Program-made: the position numbers and the translations under genes
Notes under the pieces: generated by a model
Told to the model about the DNA's origin: nothing
Database searches by the model: none
Seen by the model: only the letters and a program-made list of their open reading frames with translations
Source: Candidatus Woesearchaeota archaeon
Lineage (GTDB): Archaea > Nanobdellota > Nanobdellia > Woesearchaeales > ARS49
Reading direction: 5' to 3'
DNA length: 64,000 nt
Assembly (NCBI GenBank): GCA_037445145.1
Contig: JBBILB010000006.1
Location: 2,064-66,063 of the forward strand
In this document: positions 36,276 to 46,438 of the stretch, piece after piece
Layout of the letters: every line of letters begins with the position of its first letter
How positions within the stretch are numbered: position 1 is the first letter of the stretch

Positions 36276-37979
36276 ATGGACAAGGATGTTGAGGCTTTGG
36301 CAAGGAAGCACGCGCTTGCGAATGCAGTGCGTTATGATGGCAAGGCAAACTTTGGCGCGGTTCTTGGAAAGCTTCTTGCTGAAATGCCAGGCATCAAGAA
36401 TGAATTGAAGACCTTGAGCAGCGGGATTTCTGCTGTTGTTGAAGCAGTGAACAGGATGAGCCCTGACGAGCAGAGAGCTGAGCTTGAAAAGACAGCGCCT
36501 GAGCTTCTTGAGGTGAAGAAGAAAGAGGAAGCGCGCGGCTTGAAGGAATTGCCAAATGCAGAGATGGGCAAGGTTGTTATGCGCATTGCGCCTTCCCCTT
36601 CAGGACCTTTGCATATCGGGCATTCCATCGTGCTCAGCCTTAACTCGGAATACTGCAGGAAATACAACGGAAAGCTCATTTTGAGGATTGAGGACACGAA
36701 TCCGGAGAACATTTACCCCCTTGCGTACAAGATGATTGAGGGTGAAGCGCAGTGGTTGACAAAAAACAATGTTAAAGAGGTGCAGGTGCAGTCTGACAGG
36801 CTTCACACGTATTATGATTATGCCGAAAAGCTTGTGGCAATGGGGAAGGCGTATGTTTGCACGTGCAATCCTGACCTTTTCAGGGAATTGATGCAGCGGA
36901 AAAAGGCGTGCAAGTGCCGCGGTCTTCCGCTGAAGGACCAGCAATTGCGCTGGGACAAAATGTTTTCCGGATACGAGCCGGGAGAGGCGGTGTTGAGGAT
37001 TAAGACAGACATAAATGACCCTAATCCTGCAATGCGGGACTGGCCTGCAATGCGGATTAACCACCACACGCACCCAAGGACAGGCACCAGGGAAAGGGTT
37101 TGGCCTCTGATGAATTTTTCTGTCGCCATTGACGACCATGAGTCTGGAATTACGCACACTGTCAGGGGGAAGGACCACAAGGATAATGAGAAGCGCCAGA
37201 AGCACATCTTTGATGCTTTTGGCTGGAAGATGCCTGTGCATTTGTACATTGGAAGGATTAATTTTGAGGGGTTTGAGTTGTCAACAAGCAAGACAAGGCA
37301 GGCAATTGAGCGCGGCGAATATTCAGGCTGGGATGACGTGCGTTTGCCTTTTATGGCTGCTTTGCGCAGGAGGGGTTACCAGCCTGACGCGTTCATACAG
37401 TTTGCTGTTGACATGGGCCTTGGCGAGAATGACAAGACAGTTGCGATTGGGGAATTTTTCAAGATTATTGATTCGTACAACAGGCGCATCATTGAGCCGA
37501 TTGCGAACAGGTATTTTTTTGTTAGTGATCCTGTTGAGGTGAGGATTGTTGGAGCGCCGAGGCAGGTTGTTGAGCTTGACCTGCATCCGGACCATAAGGA
37601 CCGCGGAAAGAGGCGGTTTGAGACTTGGGAAACATTTTACATTGCAAAGGATGATGCTGACGCGCTGGAGGACAAAAAGGTCTACAGGCTTATGGAGTGC
37701 GGTAACTTCATAAAGGAAGGCGGCAATTTCAGGTATCATTCAAGGAATGTTGAGGAATATCGCGAGAAAGGCGCAAGGATTATGCACTGGCTTCCGGTCA
37801 GCAAGGATTTGGCAAAGGTTGAGGTCCTAATGCCTGACGGCTCAAAGAGAAACGGTCTTGGCGAGGCAGGCTTGAAAAAGCTTCCTGAAGGGGCGATTGT
37901 GCAGTTTGAAAGGTTTGGGTTTGTCCGCCTTGACAAAAAGCAGGGCGACAAATTGTGTTTCTGGTTCGCGCACAAGTAA
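36276..37979 (+). CDS. gltX: Glutamyl-tRNA synthetase (archaeal type)
   Basis: RIAPSPSGPLHIGH, EDTNP, LSTS, QFERFGF. Confidence 0.95.
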   Translation: MDKDVEALARKHALANAVRYDGKANFGAVLGKLLAEMPGIKNELKTLSSGISAVVEAVNRMSPDEQRAELEKTAPELLEVKKKEEARGLKELPNAEMGKVVMRIAPSPSGPLHIGHSIVLSLNSEYCRKYNGKLILRIEDTNPENIYPLAYKMIEGEAQWLTKNNVKEVQVQSDRLHTYYDYAEKLVAMGKAYVCTCNPDLFRELMQRKKACKCRGLPLKDQQLRWDKMFSGYEPGEAVLRIKTDINDPNPAMRDWPAMRINHHTHPRTGTRERVWPLMNFSVAIDDHESGITHTVRGKDHKDNEKRQKHIFDAFGWKMPVHLYIGRINFEGFELSTSKTRQAIERGEYSGWDDVRLPFMAALRRRGYQPDAFIQFAVDMGLGENDKTVAIGEFFKIIDSYNRRIIEPIANRYFFVSDPVEVRIVGAPRQVVELDLHPDHKDRGKRRFETWETFYIAKDDADALEDKKVYRLMECGNFIKEGGNFRYHSRNVEEYREKGARIMHWLPVSKDLAKVEVLMPDGSKRNGLGEAGLKKLPEGAIVQFERFGFVRLDKKQGDKLCFWFAHK

Positions 37980-38029
37980 ACAGCATTAAGAGATTGTGCA
38001 AACTCCAATAAGTGCCTGCGGGCGATAGC

Positions 38030-38193
38030 GACACTCCTCACTCATGCACAACGAACTCCGTTCTGTTGTGCGGGTTCGGAGAGCATAATAGAATAAGATT
38101 TTCCATCATTATTGGTATCTGCGACTGTAAGGTGTTGAGAAAGCGGAGCTTCTTAACATGCTCGGCAATCTGCGGATTGCCGACAAGCCCGTT
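38030..38193 (+). repeat. Structured repeat family 1, full copy (candidate ncRNA or MITE)
   Basis: Reverse complement of 56112-56274 with compensatory stem changes. Confidence 0.8.
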
Positions 38194-38248
38194 TTAGTAG
38201 TTGTTGTGTGCGCTATATTTATATATCCCAAATCAAATAATCCTGCCC

Positions 38249-38413
38249 ATGACTATTGTTGTAAAGGCGAAAATCAAGGAAATAGCTGGCACGTTTAATG
38301 TTTCAGGGGATTTTCCTGATGCCCTTGCGAAGAAGGTTGAGCAGATGGTAAGGGACGCGATTGAGCGCGCGAGGGCAAACAACAGGAAGACTGTGATGCC
38401 GAAGGACCTCTGA
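38249..38413 (+). CDS. Short histone-fold protein (DUF1931-like, 54 aa)
   Basis: VVKAKIKE...NVSGDF...AIERARANNRKTVMPKDL; TTTATATA upstream. Confidence 0.8.
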   Translation: MTIVVKAKIKEIAGTFNVSGDFPDALAKKVEQMVRDAIERARANNRKTVMPKDL

Positions 38414-38416
38414 GAA

Positions 38417-38944
38417 TTATTCTTTTTCTATGATGCTTAGTTTTGCGCGTATCCTGTCAAGCACTTTTTTTGTCTGCGCAAGGGCTTTTTTCGGGTACTT
38501 TTTGCTTTTGCTTATTTTTTTGTAAATGCGCTCTGCTCGCTCAAGCGACTTCCTGACGAGTTGTATCTGTTCTGTTTTTGATGGCTCTGCAGTGAATGCG
38601 CTTTCAAGCATTCTCAATTTTTTCGCGCGCATATCGTGGAGCGTCTCGTATTTTGCAATTTTTTCCTCAAGCTCCTTTATGCGCTCATTTATGTCCTTGT
38701 GCATGATGTCCTCTTTCTGCTGGTGCTTCAGTATTCTCTGCTCTTTTTTTATTGCGTCGCTTATGCTACGCTCAAGGTTTTGCACGTAATTTTTCATTGA
38801 TTTCGTGCTGATTTTCTTGAGCCTTGAGAGTTCTGTCCTTACTTTTTGCTTTGCGAACTGGCGCTCATCGTAGTGCTTTAATGCCCTGCCGAGATAAGAC
38901 AGCATCAGGCGTGCGCTTCCAAGGTCATATTCCCTGGAAATCAT
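38417..38944 (-). CDS. Basic coiled-coil hypothetical protein
   Basis: 175 aa, K/E rich, coupled to the upstream gene. Confidence 0.6.
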   Translation of the reverse strand: MISREYDLGSARLMLSYLGRALKHYDERQFAKQKVRTELSRLKKISTKSMKNYVQNLERSISDAIKKEQRILKHQQKEDIMHKDINERIKELEEKIAKYETLHDMRAKKLRMLESAFTAEPSKTEQIQLVRKSLERAERIYKKISKSKKYPKKALAQTKKVLDRIRAKLSIIEKE

Positions 38945-39444
38945 GGTGCAAAGCGCCTTCTCCTTGGCATTGGCGGAGGCGGAGGCCCTGGCGGCGGCAT
39001 TACCGGCGGCAGTGAAGGCGGCGCTCCGGGCCCGAGCTGGGGCTCGCTTATTGACAATGGCTCCTTTACAGTGACTCCTTTTCCAAGGTCTTCGCGCAAG
39101 TCCTTGACCAGGTCAGCGACCGCAACTATTCCCTGCGCTATCTCTGAGTTCTGCTCGAGAATCCTGTTCATTTTTTCAACAACAGGGTGCATTTTTTCCT
39201 TGAAGCTCAATCCGCCCTCCTCTATCTGAAGGGAGGTCATTGCCTCCTCAAAAATGCTGAGCAGTTTGTCAAGCTTGGTGTTAAGCTCAATGAGCTGGAC
39301 TCCTAGCTTTTTGCTTGGCGTAATCTCAAATTCCTTGAGCTTTCTCAGTTCGTCCTTTAATTCTGAAATTTCCTTCTGCGGCAGGATTTCGTAATCCTCG
39401 CCCTCTTCAGGAATATCCCCCTTTGGTGTTTCTTCGTCAGCCAT
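38941..39444 (-). CDS. Coiled-coil protein with Pro-rich C-terminus
   Basis: 167 aa; GGTGA SD; poly-Pro tail. Confidence 0.65.
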   Translation of the reverse strand: MADEETPKGDIPEEGEDYEILPQKEISELKDELRKLKEFEITPSKKLGVQLIELNTKLDKLLSIFEEAMTSLQIEEGGLSFKEKMHPVVEKMNRILEQNSEIAQGIVAVADLVKDLREDLGKGVTVKEPLSISEPQLGPGAPPSLPPVMPPPGPPPPPMPRRRRFAP

Positions 39445-39558
39445 TAAGTATCACCCGCTTTGCGTCTTTGACCAGCAAGAGAGGTATATAAACATTTCGT
39501 CAAAGGGCGGTGATTACTCTCCGCAAGGTTTATAAATCGCCGGCTATTACGGGCAGCC

Positions 39559-40092
39559 ATGTACGAAATCCCAAACGTGCTTGAGCCAAAGGAAGAGGTA
39601 TTGTGGAACAGCAAGCCGAAATATTCTGCTTACATGCTGTCAGGCATTATTGGCAGCATTATTGCAGGCGGGCTTGTTGGAGTGTTCTGCGGAATGTTCT
39701 CAAGCTCGGTTGTTATTGGCATTATTGCGGGCATTGTCGTGCTTGCTGTCGTGCTCGTGATAGTCAACATGGCTTACAACCGCACGCATTACGCAATCAC
39801 GAACAAGCGCGTGATTTTCCAGTCAGGCATTATTGGCAGGGACTTCAAGTCAATTGATTATGACAGGATTCAGAATGCCTCTGTAAATGTCGGCCTTATT
39901 GGCGTGATGTTCAAGGTGGGCAACATCCATGTATTTACAGGCGAGATGGAAACAGTTAATACCGGCAAGACATCGCACATGCGCCCGAAGTATGACTCTT
40001 TCCAGTACGTTCCTGAGCCGTACAATGTCCTGAAGGTGCTGCAGCAACACTTGTCAAGGAGAAAGGAGCGCTTGTACGGCGGAAAGGCGTAA
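39559..40092 (+). CDS. Membrane protein with bacterial PH domain
   Basis: Two TM helices then YAITNKRVIFQSGIIG. Confidence 0.75.
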   Translation: MYEIPNVLEPKEEVLWNSKPKYSAYMLSGIIGSIIAGGLVGVFCGMFSSSVVIGIIAGIVVLAVVLVIVNMAYNRTHYAITNKRVIFQSGIIGRDFKSIDYDRIQNASVNVGLIGVMFKVGNIHVFTGEMETVNTGKTSHMRPKYDSFQYVPEPYNVLKVLQQHLSRRKERLYGGKA

Positions 40093-40191
40093 GTGTTCCT
40101 GGCACTTTTGGGCAATAACCTTTTATACCCTATATCCATTATATCCCCTGAAACGAGCGTTCAAGTGACTGCTGTGAGAGAGGCGCCATAA

Positions 40192-41043
40192 ATGCCAGCG
40201 GAAGAGCTTCCTTTGGAGATGCGCATAGACTTGGAGATTCGCGATGTTCTAGTCAGGTACAGGACAACTGCTTGGGACATCATGGAAAAGGACATTCTTG
40301 ACGGAATTATGAGGCATAAGTGGTGTTGTTCGCGCAAAAGGGGTTCTGATATTGGCGAGTCATGTGCTTTGAATGACTGGCTTTACATCATGCAGGGCAG
40401 GTGTTTGAGGCCTGAACCGTCTGAAGCAGAGGCAAATTCAGAGCGTGTGTTCATGAGGCTTCTCAGGTATTACGACGTTTATGCATTGAAAGTCATGGCC
40501 GAACGCGCTGATGACCTGAACAAGCACTTGTGGTACGCTTCTGAGGATGCAGGAAAGGATATCGGCAGGAGTGCCGCGCTTGATGATTGGATAAGTAAGT
40601 ACACGTGGTATCTTGGCAACAAGGAACTTATGGAAATAGAATATTCTTATAAGCGGGGAGAGTTCAGGGAGGACGAGCTTGACCTGTACGAGTTCGTGAG
40701 GACTCACAGGGCTGAGATTGAGGAATACCAAAAATCCTGGCAGAGAAAGATAAAATCTGGGAAGCGGATTACGCTTCTTGATGCGACAAAGCTGTTGTTC
40801 TTAAAGAAGCAGTCAGTAAATCCCCTGCGGGACATAAGCACTCAGGTGGGGGAGATTAGGAGAGAGATTGAGCGCCATCAGGCAAATGATGAGGAGACGC
40901 GAATACGTATTGCGCGCAACATGGCTGCTGGCTGGCGGGACAGGAAAGTCAAGGCAATTGAGTACATAATCACAACCCATTCTGACAGGATTCTCAGATA
41001 CCTGAATGAGGCTCCAAAGCATGAGTACGCAATGGTTAGCTGA
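40192..41043 (+). CDS. Hypothetical protein with repeated DUF4032-like motifs
   Basis: HKW..S...GSDIG...ALNDW and HLWYASE..GKDIG...ALDDW. Confidence 0.6.
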   Translation: MPAEELPLEMRIDLEIRDVLVRYRTTAWDIMEKDILDGIMRHKWCCSRKRGSDIGESCALNDWLYIMQGRCLRPEPSEAEANSERVFMRLLRYYDVYALKVMAERADDLNKHLWYASEDAGKDIGRSAALDDWISKYTWYLGNKELMEIEYSYKRGEFREDELDLYEFVRTHRAEIEEYQKSWQRKIKSGKRITLLDATKLLFLKKQSVNPLRDISTQVGEIRREIERHQANDEETRIRIARNMAAGWRDRKVKAIEYIITTHSDRILRYLNEAPKHEYAMVS

Positions 41044-41078
41044 ATTCTTTCTGACAAAAGCCAAGTTTGGTGGGAAAT

Positions 41079-41162
41079 CCGACCGCGGTCTGTGACTTAT
41101 TTTTTTTCCCGCATTAGCAGGAAGAGAAATAAATCACCTGAACGAAGCTCAGGCGCGGTCGG
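41079..41162. repeat. Structured repeat family 2, copy 1
   Basis: Outer stem CCGACCGCG/CGCGGTCGG enclosing three hairpins; similar to 46287-46373. Confidence 0.7.
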
Positions 41163-41220
41163 CTTGGTGTGCGCATTTTTTTCAAAAACGTTTTAAATCA
41201 AGCCAGTGCACTATTGTGGT

Positions 41221-42357
41221 ATGTTGGCAAAAAGGACAAAGTGGCATTCGTGGAGTGCTGGAAGGCTGGCAAAAGGGTGTAGGCTGTGCGTGGAGGGAAG
41301 GAAGCTTGTGCTTTTCGTGACCGGCTTGTGCGGGCAGAGGTGCTTTTACTGCCCTGTGAGCGAGCACAAGTTCGGAAAGGACGTGGTTTACGCGAATGAA
41401 TGGCAAATCTTGGCTCCTGACAATCCTGTTGAGCTAATTAAGGAGGCTGAATTGACAGGCGCAAAAGGGGCGGGGATTACTGGCGGAGACCCGTTGGTCA
41501 ATGTTGACAGGTGCGTTGCTTACATAAGACTGCTCAAGGAAAGGTTTGGAAAGCAGTTCCACATCCACCTTTACACTCCTTTGAAGCTTGTCACGCAGGA
41601 AAGGCTTCAGAAACTGTACGAGGCAGGGCTTGACGAGATTCGTTTTCACCCGAACCTTGATGATGACTCGTTATGGGAAAGGTTGAATCTTGCGAAGCAG
41701 TTTGACTGGGATATTGGTGTTGAGATTCCTGTGATTCCGGGCTATGAGCAAAAGACAAGAAAGCTCATTGACTTCATTGCGGGAAAGGTTGATTTTTTGA
41801 ACCTTAACGAGCTTGAGCTCTCTGATACGACTGCAGGGCATTACCAATTGCACGTCAAGGGCTTCAAGCCAAAGGATGAATTGAGCTATGGTGTTCTTGG
41901 GAGCGAGGAATTGGGGATGGTCTTGCTTGATTATGCTGCCAGGAAGGGGCTTGCTGTGCATTTATGCACTGCAAAACTAAAGGATGCTGTGCAGCTGCGC
42001 AACAGGATAAGGTTAAGGGCAAAGCGTGTCGCGCTCAGGACAGACGTTGTGACAAGGGAAGGCACTTTGATTAGGGGGTGCGCTTATCTGCCAAAGCTCG
42101 CGCCTGGAACGGGCTATCACGAGAAACTGCTCAAGGTTGACAAAAAAGTTGCGCTGGAAAAGCTCAGTTCGGTCAGGGAGAGGGCCGCAAGGCTTGGCGT
42201 GAAAACTGTCCTTGATGACAAAAAGCTGCGCCTGCTGATGTCAGCGAAAACAATAAGGAAAGAGTCAAAAAGGCTCAAGCTTCTCGGCCTTGTGCCTGCT
42301 GTTGTTGAGGAATACCCCACTGCTGATGCCTTGGAAGTTGAAGTTGAGTTTGTGTGA
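41221..42357 (+). CDS. Radical SAM protein (conserved archaeal family)
   Basis: CGQRCFYC, GITGGDP, HIHLYT, LDEIRFHP. Confidence 0.88.
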   Translation: MLAKRTKWHSWSAGRLAKGCRLCVEGRKLVLFVTGLCGQRCFYCPVSEHKFGKDVVYANEWQILAPDNPVELIKEAELTGAKGAGITGGDPLVNVDRCVAYIRLLKERFGKQFHIHLYTPLKLVTQERLQKLYEAGLDEIRFHPNLDDDSLWERLNLAKQFDWDIGVEIPVIPGYEQKTRKLIDFIAGKVDFLNLNELELSDTTAGHYQLHVKGFKPKDELSYGVLGSEELGMVLLDYAARKGLAVHLCTAKLKDAVQLRNRIRLRAKRVALRTDVVTREGTLIRGCAYLPKLAPGTGYHEKLLKVDKKVALEKLSSVRERAARLGVKTVLDDKKLRLLMSAKTIRKESKRLKLLGLVPAVVEEYPTADALEVEVEFV

Positions 42358-42410
42358 TTCGCAATGCTTAAATAACAGTTCTGTCGCGCCTGTTTTTTGA
42401 GGTGGTTGTT

Positions 42411-43025
42411 ATGAAAGCTCTTATTGTTTACGCGCATCCGAACAATCCTGAGGAGAGCCACGCGTCGTTCACTCTGAAAGAAATGACTGCTGCTCTTGAC
42501 AAGGCAAAGATTGAGTATGAGCCAATTGACTTGTACAAAATAAGTTATGACCCTGTTTTGCACGAAAATGAGCATCGCGAATGGGGAAAGGGCGAAATGA
42601 GCCAGCAGAACAGGGAGTTCCAGGAAAAGATTAAGTCGGCTGATTCTCTTGTTTTCATTTATCCTGTGTGGTGGGGTGGCATGCCTGCAATCCTCAAGGG
42701 CTTTTTTGACAAGGTTTTCACGACAGGCTTTGCTTTTAGTTATGAGCAGGGCGGACTGCTTAAGGGAAAAAAGGCTGTTGTGATGATGACTATGGGAGAG
42801 GCAGACAAGCTGCCTGTCAAGATGATAAAGGATTACATTCTTGATTCTTGCGGTATTGAGGCAAAAGTGTTCCTTGTCGGCAATGCGCACGGCCTGAATG
42901 ATGAAAGAAAGGCAATGATACAGGCAAACGTGAAAAAGGCAGTGCGTTTTCTGAAGAAAAGGGAAGAGCAGGCTCCGCAAGCGCCTGTTCAGCATCCACA
43001 GCCTCAAAGCCCTCCGCCTGCGTGA
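42411..43025 (+). CDS. NAD(P)H dehydrogenase, flavodoxin-like fold (MdaB/KefF family)
   Basis: IVYAHP, YPVWWGGMPAILKGFFDKV. Confidence 0.88.
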   Translation: MKALIVYAHPNNPEESHASFTLKEMTAALDKAKIEYEPIDLYKISYDPVLHENEHREWGKGEMSQQNREFQEKIKSADSLVFIYPVWWGGMPAILKGFFDKVFTTGFAFSYEQGGLLKGKKAVVMMTMGEADKLPVKMIKDYILDSCGIEAKVFLVGNAHGLNDERKAMIQANVKKAVRFLKKREEQAPQAPVQHPQPQSPPPA

Positions 43026-43322
43026 TTATTTCATCATTTTGTAAAGCGCATTTATGAGCAGGACCCCTCCGATTGAGCCTGTGGCAAAGTGGTAGAAGGT
43101 GAACAGCGCGCCTTTAAGGAATGTCGTGCAGCCGGGATCGTACAAGCAGGGCTGTTCCTCCTGCAATGGCGGCCTCTGTTTTATTTTCGCGGCGATTTTG
43201 TTCAGCCTGCCAAGCCATTCTATGTAGCCGCCGACGGGTAAATAATTGTACCACCGGATATCAAGGGAGTCACTGCCAGAAACTCTTTGGTCAATGCTGA
43301 TTTGTCCCCACCCATTATTGTT

Positions 43323-44948
43323 TTATCCGAAGTCTTCGTGTGGCGCGTGGGGCGTTCCTGCTCCTGATTCTTTCTTTCCGCCTGCTATGACGTCGTCAAT
43401 CCTGAGTATCATCTGGGCAACTTCGCTTGCGCTGGAAATGGCTTGCGTCTTTATTCTTAACGGCTCTATGACTCCTGCTGCCCAGCTGTCAACGATTTTT
43501 CCCTTGAACACGTCAACCCCTGCCCATTTTTGCTTTTTGTCGTGGGCTGCCTTTATTTCCGTGAGTATGTCTATGGGGTCGAGGCCTGCATTTTCTGCAA
43601 GTGTTCTTGGTATTACTTCCATTGCGTCAGCAAAGGCTGTGACGGCAAGTTGTTCCCTTCCTGACAGGGAGTCAGCGTATTTCCTGAGTCCTCTTGCAAC
43701 TTCTATTTCCGGCGCTCCTGCTCCTGCCACGACCTTGCCGCTCTTGAGGGCGGCTGCAACGTCGCCTATTGCGTCTGTCATTGTACGCTTGAGCTCGTCA
43801 ACCACGTGGTTTGTGCCGCCCCTGCACAGTATTGTTACTGCCTTTGGGTTCTTGCATCCTGTTACAAAGGTCATCTCTTCTTCGCCTATCTTTCGCTCTA
43901 TGACGTGCCCTGCCCTTCCAAGCTCTTTTGCGGTCAGGGAATCTAGGTTGGTGACTATTGCGGCTCCTGTTGCCCTTGCAAGGGCGTCCATGTCTGACTT
44001 CTTGACCCTTCTTGCGGCATAGATTCCTTTTTTCGCAAGGAAGTGCTGGGCAATGTCGTCAATTCCTTTCTGGCAGAACACGACGTTTGCCCCCGACTTC
44101 GCGATTTTGTCAACCATGTCGCGGAGCATTTTTTCCTCCTGCTCTATGAATTCCTGCATTTGCAAGGGGTTTGTGATTTGTATTTTTGCGTCAATCTCAG
44201 TGTCCTTTATCTCTATGGCTGAGTCTATCAGCGCTATTTTTGCGTCGTGGATGTCTTTTGGCATTTCAGGATGGACTGCTTCCTTTTCCAGTACAACACC
44301 CTCAATGAGTTCTGTGTCCTCGATGCAGCCGCCGACGCGTTTCTCGAGCTTGATGTTGTCCTTGTCAAACACGACTTGTCCGTCTTCTTCGCCAACGACT
44401 CTCTTGACTGCCTTGACAGCGATTTCGCCGAGCATTTCCTTTGCAAAGGAGGCGTTCTTGCTGGCGATTGCGGTCATTGCAATTTTTCTTAACAAAGCAT
44501 CATCTTTTGCAGTGGCTGGCTCTGCAATGCTGTTCAGGATTTCAATTGCCTTTTCTTCTGCCATGCGATAGCCGCGGGCTATCATTGTCGGGTGCACTTC
44601 CTTGTCGAGCAGGGTTTCTGCCTGCTTCAGGAGCTCGCCTGTTATGACAACAGCCGTTGTTGTTCCGTCGCCCACTTCCTCTTCCTGTGTTTTTGCGACT
44701 TCAACAACCATTTTTGCTGCAGGGTGTTCTATCTGCATTTCTTCAAGTATTGTGACTCCGTCATTGCTTACCGTGACGTCGCCAAGGGAGTCAACAATCA
44801 TCTTGTCCATTCCTTTTGGTCCAAGTGTTGTGCGCACTGTCTCTGCCACAAGCTTTGCAGCCATGATGTTGTTTCTTTGTGCATTCCTTCCTGTGGTTCT
44901 TTGCGTGCCTTCCGGCAGGATAAAGATTGGTTGTACTTGGCTTGCCAT
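43323..44948 (-). CDS. ths: Thermosome (group II chaperonin) subunit
   Basis: [31 protein letters not shown]. Confidence 0.96.
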   Translation of the reverse strand: MASQVQPIFILPEGTQRTTGRNAQRNNIMAAKLVAETVRTTLGPKGMDKMIVDSLGDVTVSNDGVTILEEMQIEHPAAKMVVEVAKTQEEEVGDGTTTAVVITGELLKQAETLLDKEVHPTMIARGYRMAEEKAIEILNSIAEPATAKDDALLRKIAMTAIASKNASFAKEMLGEIAVKAVKRVVGEEDGQVVFDKDNIKLEKRVGGCIEDTELIEGVVLEKEAVHPEMPKDIHDAKIALIDSAIEIKDTEIDAKIQITNPLQMQEFIEQEEKMLRDMVDKIAKSGANVVFCQKGIDDIAQHFLAKKGIYAARRVKKSDMDALARATGAAIVTNLDSLTAKELGRAGHVIERKIGEEEMTFVTGCKNPKAVTILCRGGTNHVVDELKRTMTDAIGDVAAALKSGKVVAGAGAPEIEVARGLRKYADSLSGREQLAVTAFADAMEVIPRTLAENAGLDPIDILTEIKAAHDKKQKWAGVDVFKGKIVDSWAAGVIEPLRIKTQAISSASEVAQMILRIDDVIAGGKKESGAGTPHAPHEDFG

Positions 44949-45073
44949 TTTTGTTCACCCCCTTATTTTAGTAGAACATTTGAAACCCCATTGCGGGTTG
45001 CTTATAAAGCTTGTGCTTCACTTGGCGGTGCGCATCAACAGCTTAATAAAAGCCATTGGTTCTCCCTTGTTGT

Positions 45074-45925
45074 ATGGGTGAGGGCGCAACAATTTCAGAG
45101 CTGGCAGTAATTTCTGGAGATGCCGCGCTGGGTGAAGGTGTTGAGGTCGGGCCCTTCAGCGTGATAGAGGGCAGGGTAAGCATTGGCAATAACACCCGCA
45201 TAGGTCCTCACTGCTATATCCGTGAGGGCACTAATATTGGTTCTCGGTGTGTTATTGGGTCTGGCGCAAAGATTGGTATTTTCCCAACGGGCTTTCCTGT
45301 TGACAAGGACACAGGGGTTTTGATTGGCGACAACGTGGAGGTTGGCGAGAATGCAACGATTGAGCGCGCAAGCAGGGCTGGAGCAAAGACGCAGATCGGG
45401 GGAAACAGCCGGATTCTGCCCGGCGTTCATGTCGGCCACAACTGCACCATCGGATCTTATGTATTTCTCACGAATGGTGTTAAGCTTGCCGGTTACGTCA
45501 CGATTGGCGATGGTGCAAATCTTGGCGGAAATGTTGGCGTGCACCAGCATGTTTCGATTGGCAGGCTTGCTTTTGTGGGTGGTGGCACAAATGTCAGCAA
45601 GGATGTTGTGCCTTATGGCTGGCTCGCTGACGGCAGGCACCCGCGGGTTTGGGGCTTGAACGAGATCGGCATGAGCAGGGCAAAGATTTCTTCTGAGCAG
45701 GTGAGGCGCATCCAGGACGCTTACAAGATTATGCGCAATGGCACTACCTTGGAGGATATTGCGCAAAAGCTTGAAGGTCTTAAGACAGATGAGGCAAAGG
45801 AGCTTGCTGATTTCCTGAAAGGCTCAAAACGGGGGTGTTATGTCGTGAGGAGTTCGCGGCTTATTAACCCGACAAGATTTTACAAGAATGCTGGTGATTA
45901 CCACAGCAACAGGGGACTGAGATAG
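45074..45925 (+). CDS. LpxA-like left-handed beta-helix acyltransferase
   Basis: Hexapeptide repeats; [26 protein letters not shown] and an LpxA-like helical C-terminus. Confidence 0.8.
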   Translation: MGEGATISELAVISGDAALGEGVEVGPFSVIEGRVSIGNNTRIGPHCYIREGTNIGSRCVIGSGAKIGIFPTGFPVDKDTGVLIGDNVEVGENATIERASRAGAKTQIGGNSRILPGVHVGHNCTIGSYVFLTNGVKLAGYVTIGDGANLGGNVGVHQHVSIGRLAFVGGGTNVSKDVVPYGWLADGRHPRVWGLNEIGMSRAKISSEQVRRIQDAYKIMRNGTTLEDIAQKLEGLKTDEAKELADFLKGSKRGCYVVRSSRLINPTRFYKNAGDYHSNRGLR

Positions 45926-45932
45926 TCATTTG

Positions 45933-46211
45933 TCAGAACTCAAACTCAAGGGCTGCTTCGAGTGATTCTATGTCGGAATCTTCTTCTGGCCTGCTTTCGG
46001 GGACAGGGCGCTGTTCTGGAGCCCTGAACCTGTTGGCGACCACTTTCTTATAGCCCGGGTCTGCCCTTAATTCCTTCTTTATCTGGGCTATCATCCGGCG
46101 GTAATCTTTCCAGTTGCTTGCGATTTGTGATGCGGATTCGCAGAGTGCAATGTAATAACAATACTGTTCATGATAAGTCAAGGGTCTTATTGTTGCTGGT
46201 TTTTCTTCCAT
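45933..46211 (-). CDS. Hypothetical protein
   Basis: ORF with GGTGA SD. Confidence 0.5.
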   Translation of the reverse strand: MEEKPATIRPLTYHEQYCYYIALCESASQIASNWKDYRRMIAQIKKELRADPGYKKVVANRFRAPEQRPVPESRPEEDSDIESLEAALEFEF

Positions 46212-46286
46212 CTTCACCCACCTCACACAGGGATGGGTATAGTATGGGCTTATTTAAAGATTTGCACAAGATGGTTCATCTGTATT

Positions 46287-46373
46287 GTGCCGCGGTCCGT
46301 GGGACTGGTTTTTCTCTCCCCGCAATAGGCAAGGGGCGAGTAAAACCGTTTGAGCGAAGCTCAGGCGCGGCAC
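46287..46373. repeat. Structured repeat family 2, copy 2
   Basis: Outer stem GTGCCGCG/CGCGGCAC; shares CGAAGCTCAGGCGCGG with copy 1. Confidence 0.7.
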
Positions 46374-46438
46374 TGGGCAAGAGGCTTTGCATCAGCACCC
46401 CACAAGACTTTTATAGCAGGCTAGCTGCGGCAGTTAAA

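Noticed and set aside
41079-41162. tRNA call for the cloverleaf-like family-2 repeats
   Set aside because: No T-loop GTTCRA, no D-loop GG, and arm lengths do not fit.
43026-43322. Open frame on the - strand after the thermosome stop, encoding a small TM protein
   Set aside because: No in-frame ATG/GTG near the 5' end; it would need a frameshift in a G run; no recognisable family.
42117-44022. Long antisense ORFs (42117-43007, 43246-44022 and many similar in the track)
   Set aside because: Shadows of well-supported genes on the opposite strand.
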